From positions 124,001-188,000 of the forward strand of contig DF237022.1 in the NCBI GenBank assembly GCA_000708835.1: a stretch of 64,000 bases of DNA, in the 5' to 3' direction. Made by a program: the position numbers and the translations under genes. The notes under the pieces were generated by a model, which did no database searches, was not told the DNA's origin, and saw only the letters and a program-made list of their open reading frames with translations. The stretch's first letter is position 1; the number at the start of each line of letters is the position of its first letter. Below, in pieces: positions 21,872-33,526 of this stretch. Source of the DNA: Klebsormidium nitens (lineage: Eukaryota; Plantae; Klebsormidiophyceae).

Positions 21872-24800
21872 ATGGCCGAGCACGAAGAAGCCCCGGGTGT
21901 CGAAGTGGAGGCAGCCCCTGGCGAGGCTGGAGGGGAAAGTGTGCTGGGCAAACGGAACTTGGAAGAGGAGGCAGAGGGGATTAGCGACGTGCCGCCACCA
22001 GGGGGCGAGACAGAGCAGCCTGCACCTGAGAGTGCTCCTGTTTCCAACACTGAGTTTCAGGAAGCAACCAAGCGAGCTGCCGAGATTGCTGCGAGGCTGG
22101 GGGGGGGGGATCCCAACAAGAGGCCCAGGACGGAGGGCGAGGAAGGCGCAAACGGCAGTCATGCTGAGAGTAAGTGGCGGAATAGTCACCTCTGCCAGAG
22201 TTCGTCCATTTGTTGTGGTAAAGTTTGTTTACAGAGTCCTCTGCTGTAATGATCTGTCCACGTTGTGCGATCTGTCATTTTACGTGCACCATGAGGGTGA
22301 AAGGATTGTGGCCGATATTTTCATCAAGGATGTGCAGAGGATGTGTAGTAAGATAAGCAGGTATCCAGTGAACTGGCAGCTTACGACGGGACACCGACGC
22401 TGATGGGTTTCACGTTGTGGACAACCTTTAGGCAGACAGGGCATGTGAATATTTGTCCCAGAGTGAACATCTGGGGAGTTTTTGGACCAAGAAGGATAGC
22501 AGTTCACAATGGAATATCAAAATGATACTCTTTTTGTTGTGTGTTTGTAAGCAACCGTTCCCGCTCTTTGCTCGGGTCGTCAATTGGATCTAATGGGATT
22601 GAAGCTGAGCGGAGCATTGCATGCGATGTGAAGGTGGCAGAGATGTCCTCTGCCAACAAATGTGACGCACCTTTTCCAGAATAACTGCAGGCGCTGTGGC
22701 CAATTTGGTGATATTCTTTCTGAACGACAATGATGGTTTACCTGCGACCTATGTTTCCATTTCCTTCATCCTCACAGTCCTAAGAACAGTGCCTGTCAAC
22801 CACGCACATGTCAGCACACCTTGTAGCCCTCTTTTTCAATTTTCTGTGGATCTTCCTAACCATTCTCATTTCTCCACCTGTAGCTGGACGTCCGACAGGT
22901 TTTTCGGACGCTCCTGCAGGCTACACCCCTGCTCCCACTGGATTCTCGGACGGCCCTCCCGGTGGCGCTCCGTACCAAGCCCCTGCTGTGCAGTCTGGCG
23001 GATTTGGCGAGTCGACACGCAAAGTGCAGATCCCCAATGCAAAGGTAGGCCCGGTTGCTGACCCCAACCTTGGTAAAATTGGTGTGAAAGGGGTGCTGAG
23101 GGACAGCACCCTGTGATTGACTGGCTTCTTATGTTCTGGTTTAGGTTGGTGATTTGTTGTCATGTTGCGATTGGATCAAAGCATGCTTGCTTTCGCAGAG
23201 CCTTCCCAGTCAGTCCTGCTCTTTCCCCTCCTGATCTTAGCTCTCTGGGCGCCATGTGAGTAACAATGCATTCCTTGAAGGTGGATCAAAGTCCGAATAT
23301 TTATGGTTGCATTCGGTCCCTGGTGATTGGCAAGGGTTAGCAGACACCAGCAACCACCATGAATGTCGTTTCTATCAGAAAGGCGTGCTACCTTAGTTGC
23401 AGAATACGCATCTGAACTGCCTGATGCCTGGCAGATTGCTTTGAAGGTTGGCAAGTCTAGCGAGACCTTCAAACACCATGTTGGTCAGTCTGAATAGAAA
23501 GGCAGTGCTAATTTAGTCGCACAACAAGATGCAACTGGTCTGCTTCAGTTCTTGCAGCTTGATTTAGTGATTGTCCAGGGTGACGTAGACCATCAAGCAC
23601 CATGAACTTCATTCTGAACAGAAGAGCAGTGCTGCTTAGTTGCACAGGCAATTCGCTGGTCTGCTTGAATTCTGCAAAGAATGCAACCGGTCTGCTTTTT
23701 ACCTCGCAGGTTGGTTTGGTGATTGGCAAGGGTGGCGAGACCATCAAGCAGCTGCAGTATCAGTCCCAGGCGCGCATCCAGGTTACTAGGGACCAGGACA
23801 CCCCCCCGGGCGCGCAGTACCGTGAGATCGAGGTGGTCGGTACGGACGAAGCAATCGCAAAGGCGGAGCAACTGATTAACGACATTGTCAATGATGTAAG
23901 GTCTCGCTAGTACCATATGTGGGAGTGCTAGCTCTTTCATGTAGGACAACACTGCGGTCAGCGCTCTTCGTCACAGAAAAGGGATCAGCTGTCAGCTCTG
24001 GGAATGTTCTTTTGTCATGGCACATTTATTGCTCTCAGTGCTCTTGTTCATCTGGCACAGATTAGCCGTCAACACTCATTGCTTGAGCCCTTCTGCTTGA
24101 GTGGTGCCCGTGTTACCTCTGTTTTGTTCTCATGCCTGCTTGAGTTGAGATTGTAATGGACCACGTCAAAAAGTTGGGCACATGTAATATCACTTTCCAG
24201 ACTGCAGATAATAGAGGATCTCAGTCTCTTTTGGTTTTCCTACACGTGTTTATATCATCTGTAGTGTTTTCCCACCCCCTACTGATCATGTAGCTAGCAA
24301 ATGCTTATAATCAAATCAATTCGAAGTTCCAGCTACCAATTGCTGTGGAGTTATCTCAATATTGAGGGAAAGTAAGTTTTCTGAGTGGCCCGTTCGGTGT
24401 GTGTTGCAGGTTGGCGGCCCTGGCCGTGCTCTGGCTGCCCCTGGCCCCGACGCGGTCACCATGATCGTCCCCAACGACAAGGTCGGCCTCATCATTGGAA
24501 AGGGAGGGGAGACCATCAAGAACCTGCAGAACCGATCAGGCGCGAGGATTCAGGTACGAATTTTGTGCTGCCTAGTCAACATTTCAGGCTGGGGGGACGA
24601 TTGTCAAGGCACTCGTCCTACTTCGTATGTAGACAACAGGAGGGTCCGTTTGCCTGAAGAATCCTGTCAAGTGCCGCCTGTGCCCCTGTTTTGTGCCGCC
24701 TGCTTTTACAAGCTCAGAAAGGTGCAATCCAGGGGTCAGCATCTCCAGAAAATGTGCTTTTGTTTGTTTGACTGCTCCAGCATCCCTTCTCTGCTTGCTC

Positions 24801-27695
24801 TTTGTTCAGCTCTTATTGTGTAAAGAAATCATGCAAGGAATCTGCATGCAGCATCGCTTTTCAATACATTACAGCGTTCACCCCAGGCAATTTCAGCAAA
24901 CAGACATTAGTTCTTTATATTGCTCCTCAGACCCTTTTTTTGTTAGACAGGATATTCTGATCTCAAAAGCCGCAGAATGCTTTCGATTCCGAGAGAGTGT
25001 ATTCTGATCTCAAAAGCCGCAGAATGCTTTCGATTCTGAGAGAATGGATCAAGAGAAGCATGTTGTGCCCATCTTAATTGTTGTCATCACATACGCTGCA
25101 ACTGTTCTGGGTTTCACCGAGTCAGCTTTCTTCCCACGGAGGTCAGGTTTAACCTCTGAGAAGTCTCTTGAAAGGTGACAGTGCATTGGAAGCTGCCAGC
25201 TTTGAACCACTACTTAGGCCGTCAGCTCAACGCACTCGGCCGTGGTCCACCCTCGGTCATTTCTACAAGCTGCCGTTGGATTTGCTGAGGTCAGCACAGA
25301 TCCTCCTATTGCTGACATCATCTTGTTGACATGTAACAGGTCCAGAGTGACGCCACCCTCGAGCCGGGTGCGACTGAGCGCACCGTGACCTTGTCCGGGA
25401 ACGGCCAGGCCACGGCAGAGGCGAAGAGGCTCATTCAAGAGGTCATCTCTGGGGTGAGGCCGACTTGCTGACGTCAGCTTGCATTTCTTCCCTCGCCTTT
25501 TATTTCTTTGCACTCCTCTTTCCGCTTTCAAGTCGGCTCACTTGTCCCTGTCAATCCTTCGGTGTTTTCCTTATGTTGCATGTCTTTGACATGCGTCACT
25601 GATTCGATACTGCTTTGTCCCAAGGCAATGAACAGTTCCCCGTCACTCGCTTCGATCCGACCTGTCACAACTTCGACATGATCCGTCGAGAACATGCTTC
25701 CCTACAAGTTGTTCAATTTGAAGATGCTTATTTCCAAAATCCACTTGCCTCGGAATCTGCTGCTTTGTAAGGAGCTTGTCGATGGAAACAACCTGTCCTT
25801 GACTCGTGATTGTTCCTTGACAACAAATTATCACGTCCTGGGCAAGAGGGTAAGCACGCAAGTAAAGACGATCAAGTAGCAGCCGTGGTACACTAGTATG
25901 GGCTTGTACAGTTGGAAGATGGAATTGCTTCTTGCTCTGCTTGTTTTGGTCCTGCTTCCTTTGCTTTGAGTGTTCGACGACAGGCGCTCATAGGAGACAT
26001 TTGATTGTCAGCTGCTACTGGAAACTGGAAAGGTATGTGATGTACTCCATGCATCAATCTTCTTGAATTGGCTAACAAGCAATCAAATCATAGACCTGGT
26101 CATTCAGAGGTTGAGTAGAAAAGGGTTTGGTTAGGACAGCTTCAAGACTCGCAAGAACAGGCGGAACAAGTCTGAGGCTACTCAACAGGCGATCTCAGCG
26201 AAGTGGACTTCAATTCCGGCAAGTAACCTTGTAAACTGCCACTTGTGCTACCCGTAAAATTTACTCCTTATCCGATGTTACTGGGTTGCTGCCATCTTTG
26301 AAGCACATCACGACTCTCAGCTGCCCCTGAAGCTGACTTTTTTGCTAATGAAAACGTGTTATGATCGATTGGCGCATCTCATTTTTTCTCCGCGAATCTC
26401 GAATAAAGTTGTACCTACTGCCTTTGCCAATGTTTGGATGCCTTCTCGAAGGTAAGAGAGGGTAAGATCGGTTGAGAAGTTGCAATTGAACGGGAAGCCG
26501 GGGGAATACATCCAGGAGATTGTCTTCTTTGTCTGTACTTCCTTTGTCATGTATATCCGGTGCAGTGGGTAACTGAGTACATTGCTTATATCTGAAGGGC
26601 TACTCAAATACAAATTGAATCTTGGCTTCTGAAAACAAGTTCACTGGGTTAATCTGAAAGCGGTCAGGAAAATGCGCTCGCACGTTCTCAGTACTGGTCT
26701 CAGTAGGCGGAGAGGAACGGGGCTTGCTGCCATTCCAGTTGCTCCCATTGTTGCGTTTGGTATCGTTTCGTGCATCAGGTGCCCGCTGGGGCTTGTAGTA
26801 GCTCTAGAGGTGAGGGTTCCAGTCGGTTGAGGTAAGCCACGAGAAACACAGCGGCCCACAAAAGCTTTCCTTGTAAATCTTCTGACTTGCTAACGTGCTT
26901 GCCTTCTTTCTCTATACCTTCCCAGGCCTTGCATCGCACGCTTGCTGCGCTTGCCTCCGTTGCATGCATCGCGCTGCAATCGCTCCTGCCATCGTTGTAC
27001 CACCCGTCCCTTCCATTGTTCCCTCCGGTTATGTTTTTGGAGCCTTTCTTTGCTGCCCACCCTTTCACCAAATAAAAGACTTTGGCTATCGAGTCCCTTG
27101 CTCGACATTCTTCTTCGCCCTCTCCCTCCTATCCCCTGGTCTCCCAACACGCCCTTATCATGGACCCTCCCTAACCGTAATTTCTCTGGAGCAGGAACGT
27201 CCCCCCCCCCGGCGCTATGATGATTACGGAGGTCGGGGCGGATATCGTTCCGGACCTCCCGGCGGTCAGTGGGGGGGTCCTCAGGGTGGGTACAGGCCCC
27301 CGGGCGGTCCCCCCCCTTACGGTGGCTACTCGGCTCCTGCCCCTGCCTCTTACTACGGTGCCCCCCCGTCATATGCCCCCCAGACATACCCAGGGTATGA
27401 TCAGAGCGGCTATGGATATGCGGCGCCCGCCTATGGGGCTGCCCCGGCTGCGCCTGCTGCGGCACCCGCTTACGATTACTCGGCATATCAGCAGCCAGCA
27501 GCAGGTGCTGGTGGGTATGATTACAGCCAGCAGTATCAGGGGTATCAGCAGCCCGGGTATTACCAGGCCCCAGCGGATCCGGCTAGCCAAGGGTACTATC
27601 AGGCGCCAGCGGCTGATGGCTCTGCTGCTGCGCCTGCAGCGACTTATGACTATAGCCAGGGGGGAACGGCGCCCGCGGCAGCTCCTACGCAGTAG
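21872..27695 (+). CDS. KH-domain RNA-binding protein (FUBP/KHSRP-like, 2 KH domains, Pro/Gly/Tyr/Gln-rich tail), about 467 aa, 6 exons
   Basis: Exons 21872-22169, 22884-23044, 23710-23895, 24410-24553, 25340-25453, 27195-27695 (1404 nt, phase-consistent). Two VGL(V/I)IGKGGETIK GxxG loops, and a YDYSAY/YDYSQQY tail. Confidence 0.9.
24953..25043. repeat. Recent 47-bp direct tandem duplication in KH-gene intron 4
   Basis: tattctgatctcaaaagccgcagaatgctttcgatt(c/t)gagaga occurs at 24953 and 25000, with one mismatch over about 43 bp. Confidence 0.9.
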
Positions 27696-28947
27696 TGTTT
27701 GGATTCCGTGCACTATGTAGTGGATGTCAGTAAGTGCAGTAGCAGGCTCATGTGGATGCGTGGAAGGTTCTGTACCGGCAAATGGTCAGGTAGACGTGTC
27801 TTCGTGAGTTCCTTCAAGTAGTTTGTAGCAATGCCAACACCAGATTGGCTGCAAGTCCACTAATGTGGACCATGCATCCCCGATTGTGAGTCACATCATC
27901 AGAAAGCGCAACCAGAAGGAACTTGACCTAGTACTGATGTTCTGGTTTAGGTATTCTCCGAATCACTCTCTGTCAGTACCTACTTGCAAGCCCTTGCATT
28001 GATGCTAGCACCTTTCAATATGTGGTTTATTCGACTGGGAATTCATGTTTCGCCTCCAGAATCGCTTGCATCACTTTCCTCGGCAGACTCAGCAGAAGAG
28101 TCGTCAAGACCATGCTTGTACTCAGACTCGGCGAGAGCTGTTGTCATACCAAACCCTTGCCTTCTTTCTGGATGCCATGTGACTAAGTAAATCCAGACGA
28201 CACAACGCCATTTTAAAGTTGTTTCGAAAACACTTGCCGTTGGGCCAATGATAGATCATGCTCAATATTGAACGTCAGTGTATGCAAAGCTAGCCGGGGC
28301 GTTGATCAAATTCTACAAGACTCCAAGAATTATGGACGCTCAACATCGGATCATATGAAGAGACGGTTAGACCGGGCCCAGGTTGCATGCTCAATGATTG
28401 CAGTTCAATTCAGTGGTTGGTTGACCGTCTTCTTGATACCGGCAGTGGTGTTTAATAGTATATACCAGCTCGGCTGCGCCGTGCTGTGTCGAATGTGCAA
28501 CGGCCCATTCCCCCCATTCCCGCTGTACAAATATTTCCATCACAGGCATACGCACACGTGTGCGTATGCCACATGTACGTATGTACGTACATGAATTCTT
28601 ATGGCAATATTGCCGCAGCTAGTGCACGAATCTGTCGGAAGCGCATGTGATGGCGGGTAGACGCCCATCGAAATGAGCAGCCTACGCAGCAACTCTCAAT
28701 ATGGACCAAGATTGAGCGTCACTTTGTTTCACGCGTACCTTTAGCGATTTTGCATCACTATTCTCATATGTGCAGCTTTGTAGCTTAGCTGTGGCGTTCA
28801 TTCTTCAATCCGTGCAACCGTGACTATGTCGTCCATTTGTCGCAAATCATGCATGAGCGTACAATTTTAGTGACTTCTAGGTACTCAACCCGTACTCAAA
28901 TGAAAATTCAATCGATACAGGCTACTACCGTCCATGGCGGCATCGTG

Positions 28948-29122
28948 TGCAAGGGCGTCCGGTACTCCGAAAATTGGCCCCCGCATGGGGGGCGCTAGCT
29001 AGGCTGGTGCCAGGCAACCGTCACTATAGGGAGAGATTTACCCCTAGGTGAAATCGGGCAGTCGAAGGAGGGCGGGAGGTCTGGTGGCCAGTTTTATCTT
29101 CGGAGTTCCGGACGCCCCTGCA
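28948..29122. mobile_element. MITE-like element, 175 bp, 27-bp imperfect TIRs
   Basis: Left tgcaagggcgtccggtactccgaaaat (28948-28974); right atcttcggagttccggacgcccctgca (29096-29122); 3 mismatches. No clear TSD. Confidence 0.7.
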
Positions 29123-30011
29123 GACATCAAGGATTTGACACGATGCCCATGCCCACTTTGAACTTTATAAAACTTACTTGGTGCTTTTCTCCATATAGCA
29201 TATCCTGACCTGGAGGTTGCCAGAGTTCCTTGCGATGTTGCGCGACTTTCCGCGACTCTTTACGACGGTCCATAGAAATGTTTTGCAACTTTTTACCGCA
29301 AACTCCGCGACCTCCGCGACTTTCATCATGATCTATAAACCCTTGGGAAACATTTTCTCACGCAAGTTTTGTGTAGGATTGGACTAGATGCTTGCAATGC
29401 TTTGGTACGAAGGGACGGTGTCCTTCAGGACATAATGCACTGGCAATCCTGGCAAGCCACTGGGGTGCCTCTGCCTAGGGACAACACTGTTCTGAACTGA
29501 AATTAGGCAATCTCGGCCCCTCGTCCTCGCAACCCAGATGTTTTCGACGGAGTGTTCGATAATTCCCGCGAGGCGGAGAGTCTGGGTACTACGGTCTACC
29601 GTTTGGTATATCGTCGATTTCGGTCCATTTCGCAGATTATGATTTGCAGCCTGGCCGTCCAAAATCCTGGGTGTTTGGCCCGCTCAGAGTACATGGTCAG
29701 GGTTTGGTCCGGAGTTTGGTGACCGTATTGGCCCAGGGTTGCCCCGCCCGGCCCCGGCCCTGATGTCGCAACACTGTGTGACTTGATAGCAAGCATTGAA
29801 GGAAAAGTACCGCACGGTCTACCGTCTAGGTACCCGTCGCAGGGTGGTCAATCAGTCAATTAGTGGTGATCCTGTTCTTCAAGTGTCATTGCTTCCGGCC
29901 CGGCGTGGCCTCCCGGAATGTCCGGGAGTCAGGCAAGGGCCGCGTGATTCGATTGAACGGCCCTAGATACCCCTGTATAATAGCTGACAGCTGTCACTAC
30001 ATAGGTATCTA

Positions 30012-30047
30012 GTAACTCTGGTAACTCTGGTAACTCTGGTAACTCTA
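30012..30047. repeat. Four tandem copies of the 9-mer GTAACTCTG overlapping the left TIR of the adjacent element
   Basis: gtaactctg at 30012, 30021 and 30030, and gtaactcta at 30039. Confidence 0.9.
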
Positions 30048-30914
30048 GTGTGCCCTAACCGCAGCGTGCCTTAAGATAGGCGCCCGGGGGACGGGTGGGG
30101 TCGGCTTGGTGGTAGGGTGGGCTGGGGTGCGGAGCGTGTAAGCTTTTTGGGTTAGGGTTTTCAGTTCGGTTGCTCGGGGTCTACGCAGTGCGGCAAGTAG
30201 GACAAAGTACACTATTATATTAGTGTCTCCGGAATTTCTTCAGTGTTAACACCCTCCCGTGACGCGACCATAAATGAACAGATCTGTGAAGCTGGCCGGT
30301 AGGTACCACACCTGCACAGCGGTCATCCGGGCACTTGTTATCGCCGGCCGGGTAGCTGGACGAGGGGCAAACTTTCCAGTGTCAATCAGGTTCGACTTTT
30401 TTAGCTACCTAATACGGCTATCCGGTGACTGTGACTGTAACTTTGATTTTATGATTGACACTGTGACTGTGGTTGAGACTGTGAGTGCGACTGTGACTGA
30501 GAAATTATTAAATTTTAATTGTGACCGTAACCTGTGGCGCTTATAACCTGCCGGAAACCAATTGTGACTCATACTGTGACTCTTGACACTGGACACTTTG
30601 ATAGGTACCTAAACAGTGACAGTGACTGTGATTGTGACTGTGACTGTGACTGAAAAGGCAGTGACTCGGCATGTCACCGGGAAAACTGAGAGGTCTCCGG
30701 GAAGTAGCTCGGTACCATGCCGGTGCCCGGTCGAGGAGGACCGGAGTCCCGCATCCAAGCAAACAGATCATTCTGACACATGTCAGACCATCAACCAATG
30801 CCTGCACAGATTGACGCCCTGTGAGAGTATTTACTCTGACAGATCGACCGGAGACACTAATATAACAGTGTAAGATTGTCCCTTTTGCCGCAGTGCGCAC
30901 ACAAGAGTTACCAG
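30036..30914. mobile_element. MITE-family copy (same family as 43566-43742) interrupted by a second TIR element
   Basis: Outer TIRs ctggtaactctagtgtg (30036-30052) and cacacaagagttaccag (30898-30914), 1 mismatch. The body 30053-30183 matches the reverse complement of the 43.6 kb element. Confidence 0.7.
30184..30897. mobile_element. Nested non-autonomous foldback/TIR element (about 714 bp) with (GTGACT)n arrays
   Basis: About 50-bp imperfect inverted repeats at 30184-30232 and 30848-30897. Internal GTGACT runs near 30425-30500 and 30565-30665. Internal inverted pair ccagtgtcaa/ttgacactgg. Confidence 0.7.
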
Positions 30915-31352
30915 TACGGTATCAGGTCCATAGACATACCAGGGGTGCGGACAGGATTTTGCCCCGGGGCGCTTCTGCGCCCCGGGCCATCGCCCTGGGG
31001 CGCAGGCCAGCTTCCCTGGGGCGCACATGGTAGTACCGGGCCTTCAATAGTGCCCGGTACAACTAGCACGTGCTATATATTGCGGAAGCTGTGGGAGGGC
31101 CCTGAAGTTTGAACCCCGGCCCTCCTTATACTCCTCCTGAAGCAGCTATGGTACCTCGTGATTTAAAATGCTACTAAGTCCAGTCTGAATATGAGAGTAA
31201 TAAATGCAAATATGCATCAGGAACTCAGAGATTTTACATTCAGCTGAGAAGGGAGGTCAGAACAAGGACGATTAAATCTAAAATGCTGGTATTGTAGGCA
31301 CGTATTATAGATGTCCAATCATCCAGCCAGCGCTTATGGAAGTGAACCTAAG

Positions 31353-31372
31353 NNNNNNNNNNNNNNNNNNNN
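31353..31372. other. Assembly gap (20 N)
   Basis: Run of N in the sequence. Confidence 1.
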
Positions 31373-33526
31373 AGACATACCGTAGCTATGATTTGACTCG
31401 CAAATGCCCATCATTGCTTATGACGTTTTGATGAGAATGACGTCAGGATGCACAACTGGCACACAAAATCTAACGCAAGTAAAGAAAGTGGGACGCCGGA
31501 AGGTTGAACTTCGGAAGGTATTGTCCAAGTGACCGGTACAACAAAGGTCACCACTTAAACCAGGTACAATACCGGGTGGGAAACGACTGGGTACAGCGCA
31601 TTCTGAGTCCCGACTGCCACATTGCCGTCTTCGAAGCTCCTTTCAAGTCCTTCGTCCATTCGTACGCCAGTACTACGCACTGAGAATACGGCAATACGAC
31701 GTTCAATAGAACCGTGCGATGGACTGCGTAGCACTTCGAATCCACTGTACACGTTTTTGGGACTACACTGTACAGTCTCCCGGGCCCAGCCGGGCCCGGC
31801 GCGGCCCCGGGCCCCGGGCCCCGGGGAACTAAAAGCACGGTGCACAATCAACCACAAGATATTTTCTTCACCATTGGTCGCAAGTTTGACAGATGGCGGC
31901 ATCAAGCAAGGAATCCCATTTGCGGTGTTTCTCCATTGGATGCGAAGCCCCAAAAAGCGACGCCTGTCAAGACTACGTTTCCGACATGCAACCCTTTGCT
32001 TGACCACAGCCAATCAGGAGCCGGTAAGAAAGAAAATCTTTCCGATACCTCCGAGTCACTTCTGCATGCAGATCATTGCGAACCGTGCATGAACGATGCG
32101 TTTCCGAGGTTGCGGAAGGTCCCTTTCCACCGACAGTGTTTGGTGTCAAGTTCAAACATGTCGAATCTTGGGGGTTACATAACGGATGGCAAGGGTAAAT
32201 TATGACCCCAGATTAGACATTTTAGCAAATAAATTGACACCAGCGTTTTGGTAGTGCTCGGTTCAAGATGGAAAAAGAAGGACTTCACATGAGCTGGTTA
32301 CGAGTCACGACCCAGGCTCGAGCTTGTGAGGCTACAGGCTGTGGGTCTTGTCAGATCCGGATCCTTTTGCCCGCTGCCTTGGACGCTGTAGGGAGAAGCT
32401 GCGCACGCGTCTGTGGACAAGGAAAGGTTTGTGGATAGAAAGAATGGGCCCTTTTCAGTAGAACTTCCACGGCAACAAGCTGTCAACTTTGGAGGAAGTT
32501 TGGAAGTTGGGTTGAAGCCTGCAGGCCACTGCGTGTTCTTCAGCATTGTGGAAGCAGGGGCTTTGGTCGCGCTTGCATTGAGACAGCTCTCCCAGACACA
32601 GGTGAGTTAGTCGTGCATCACGGTTGTTTGATTGCAAACCAGTGGTTGTCTTTGTAGCTGTGCAGTCGCGGCTGCAGGATCTTCCCCAACCCCAAAGAAA
32701 GGGAAATGCTGTTGAGCTTGAAGGGTTTTCCCTGAGCTCTTGCAGCAATCTGTTCATGCCTTCTTTTCCTTGCTCCTTTTTGCAACAGTGCAGGAAGGGG
32801 GTTGTGGATGTCTCATTTCATGTCCGTGATCAATTGCAATAGCCCCACCCAAATGGAAACGGCTGGGTGTTCAGAATCAATCACAGGCAAGTTGAGCAGG
32901 GTGCTCTTCTCCAATAACAATGCCTTTACTGCGACAGCATCAGCTTATGTGCCAAAGCATCTGAGAACCCCCTTCTTCGAAGAAAGTTGAAGTTGCGTGT
33001 CAGGCAGGATCATGGTGTCTTTGAGTCAGATGCTGCCCTACTTGCACTTTCGAGATCCATCAGAGGGTGTGTTCCTAGTGCATTTGATTTCAAGGACAAA
33101 GGAAACCATTAGGACTGGTTCGATTGGAGTAGCTCTGCACAAAGCAATAGGAACTTTAGTACAGCACAATACGTGCAATGAACTGTCAGAGCTGTTGTAC
33201 TTTTGCTGATTATAGCATTGTCACCTTATCTTAAGTTTCCAATCCCTGTCTTTGTGACTCTCTCGAAGGTGGCAATCTGGGAGTTTATTTATGTCGCTTT
33301 CCTTCCTGGCTTACTATCTTCTGTTGGGTGGCCTGTCTAGTGGAAGCTTCTTGACATGTCAAGCAACTTCCTGCATAATGCTTAAGCATGTTGTTGTTCT
33401 GCAGATGCCTAGTGGATGTTGACACATCGTGAGACGTTGACTTCTGAGTTACCAGCTGCATCATGGGGTGCAGCCTGGAACCACCATGTGTAGACACCAC
33501 AGCGCGTAGGCAATAGTAGCTTAGAC

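Noticed and set aside
31548-32205. Overlapping 100-156 aa ORFs and a CCCCGGG x3 GC palindrome cluster
   Set aside because: No motif or splice model; likely repeat-derived GC-rich sequence beside a gap.
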